From: Bacteroidales bacterium
Lineage (GTDB): Bacteria > Bacteroidota > Bacteroidia > Bacteroidales > GCA-2748055
DNA length: 24,800 nt
NCBI GenBank assembly: GCA_035638735.1
Contig: DASQZK010000783.1
Span: 1-24,800 of the forward strand
Reading direction: 5' to 3'
Part shown: in pieces, positions 23,774 to 24,800 of the stretch
How the letters are laid out: every line of letters begins with the position of its first letter
Numbering within the stretch: position 1 is the first letter of the stretch
The notes under the pieces: model-generated
Told to the model about the DNA's origin: nothing
Database searches by the model: none
Seen by the model: the letters and a program-made list of their open reading frames with translations, nothing else
Program-made: the position numbers and the translations under genes

Positions 23774-24457
23774 ATGATTATACAATTTTTTCAACATGTC
23801 CCTTTCGAATCACCCGGTCACATCCTTGAAGTATGTCAGCGTTCAGGTTATAAGGTTAACACTACCAGGCTGTATGCCAACGAAGCGCTGCCGGCTTCCG
23901 GATCGTTTGATGCATTAGTGGTCATGGGAGGTCCCATGAGCATCCATGATGAGGAAACGTACCCGTGGCTGACCGGTGAAAAACGGTTTATACGTGAAAC
24001 CATTGAGAGCGGGAAAAAGATCTTTGGCTTCTGCCTGGGGGCTCAGCTGATAGCCAGTGCCCTGGGTGCTGAAGTCAAACCGGGGCTGTATACCGAGATT
24101 GGGTGGTACCCGGTAAAGAAAAGTATGACTGGCGATGTGCCTGGCTTTCTTCCCGACGTGTTTACGGTTTTTCACTGGCATGGCGACACGTTTTCACTGC
24201 CCCGCGGAGCCCGGCTTCTCTATAGTTCCGATGCCACACCCTGTCAGGCCTTTCTGTATGGCGACAATGTTGTCGCCCTTCAATTTCACCCCGAGATGAC
24301 ACGACACGGCATATCTGATCTGGCAGAACATTGTAGTAATGAACTTACCGATGGTCCTTATATCATGAAAAAAGAAGAGCTTCTTAACGGGCATGCCCTG
24401 TATCACCGGAATGGTTACAAAATGATTGACGGTCTGTTTCGCTACTACCTGGACTGA
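23774..24457 (+). CDS. Class I glutamine amidotransferase-like protein (stand-alone, GMP-synthase GATase-like)
   Basis: VVMGGPMS oxyanion strand, nucleophile elbow GFCLGAQL, HWHGD and catalytic His-Glu in QFHPE. Confidence 0.92.
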   Translation: MIIQFFQHVPFESPGHILEVCQRSGYKVNTTRLYANEALPASGSFDALVVMGGPMSIHDEETYPWLTGEKRFIRETIESGKKIFGFCLGAQLIASALGAEVKPGLYTEIGWYPVKKSMTGDVPGFLPDVFTVFHWHGDTFSLPRGARLLYSSDATPCQAFLYGDNVVALQFHPEMTRHGISDLAEHCSNELTDGPYIMKKEELLNGHALYHRNGYKMIDGLFRYYLD

Positions 24458-24800
24458 CAAACAACCTCCGAAGTACTCATACTGTCGCTGAATAGCGGTA
24501 AAAACCTTCAGACGGCTATTGCTTTATCCGTCAAGGAATTACAGGATGAATGAGCTGTAATCTTCTGACTAGCAGGTTTGAAAGATTCAAATATGACGAG
24601 ATTGACCGTAAACGTGATCCGTTGGTTTAAACGCTTGAAGCACAAATATCAAAAGTATTGAAACTTATACGAGAAAAACTTGTTGATTATTTTGATATCA
24701 TTTTATTGTTGATACTCCTGAAATTTTTTAAATTTAAGTGAGAATAATGACGAATTAGCGGAGGATAGTATTAGAATACGATTTTTAGCCATAATGACTG

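Noticed and set aside
24593-24661. 22-codon plus-strand ORF MTRLTVNVIRWFKRLKHKYQKY
   Set aside because: Too short, with no supporting promoter, motif or context.
1-24800. Mobile elements, CRISPR arrays, tRNA/rRNA, defence or toxin genes, frameshifted pseudogenes
   Set aside because: I saw no transposase, integrase or nuclease motifs, regularly spaced repeats or cloverleaf structures, and all major genes appear full length apart from the edge-truncated MFS.

Overview
Bacteroidota genomic DNA (SusC/SusD pair, TAnnTTTG-type -7 promoter boxes, AT-rich translation starts). I saw no mobile element, CRISPR array, rRNA or tRNA. There are three blocks. (1) 1-6887 is a trehalose/trehalose-6-phosphate (T6P) locus built around a divergent promoter region. 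On the minus strand are a GT20 TPS-HAD TPP fusion and an MFS transporter that the ORF track missed (truncated at the window edge). On the plus strand are a beta-phosphoglucomutase-like HAD fused to a GH65 phosphorylase with T6P-phosphorylase-type motifs, and an orphan P-loop kinase of the uridine kinase/PRK fold. The TPS domain has Leu at two positions that bind the glucose-6-phosphate phosphate in OtsA (VSNRLP->VSNLLP, YY..F.N->YLEGFAN) and a remodelled PSR loop, while its TPP domain is intact. My best candidate for an undescribed system, which is inference, is a nucleotide-sugar-independent T6P/trehalose pathway (bPGM + reversible TrePP + TPP, with kinase and MFS) that bypasses a degenerate or re-specified TPS. 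(2) 6975-19391 is a beta-1,2-glucan-type polysaccharide utilisation locus: a one-component propeller/Y_Y_Y/LuxR regulator, two divergent GH144-like lipoproteins, SusC, SusD and an Ig-like+LamG lipoprotein, with no GH3 or GH94 gene. (3) 19572-24457 holds unrelated genes: a 7TM-DISM/SpoIIE phosphatase, an orphan lipoprotein, a SAM methyltransferase and a class I glutamine amidotransferase. All family calls come from motif recognition by eye, not database searches.
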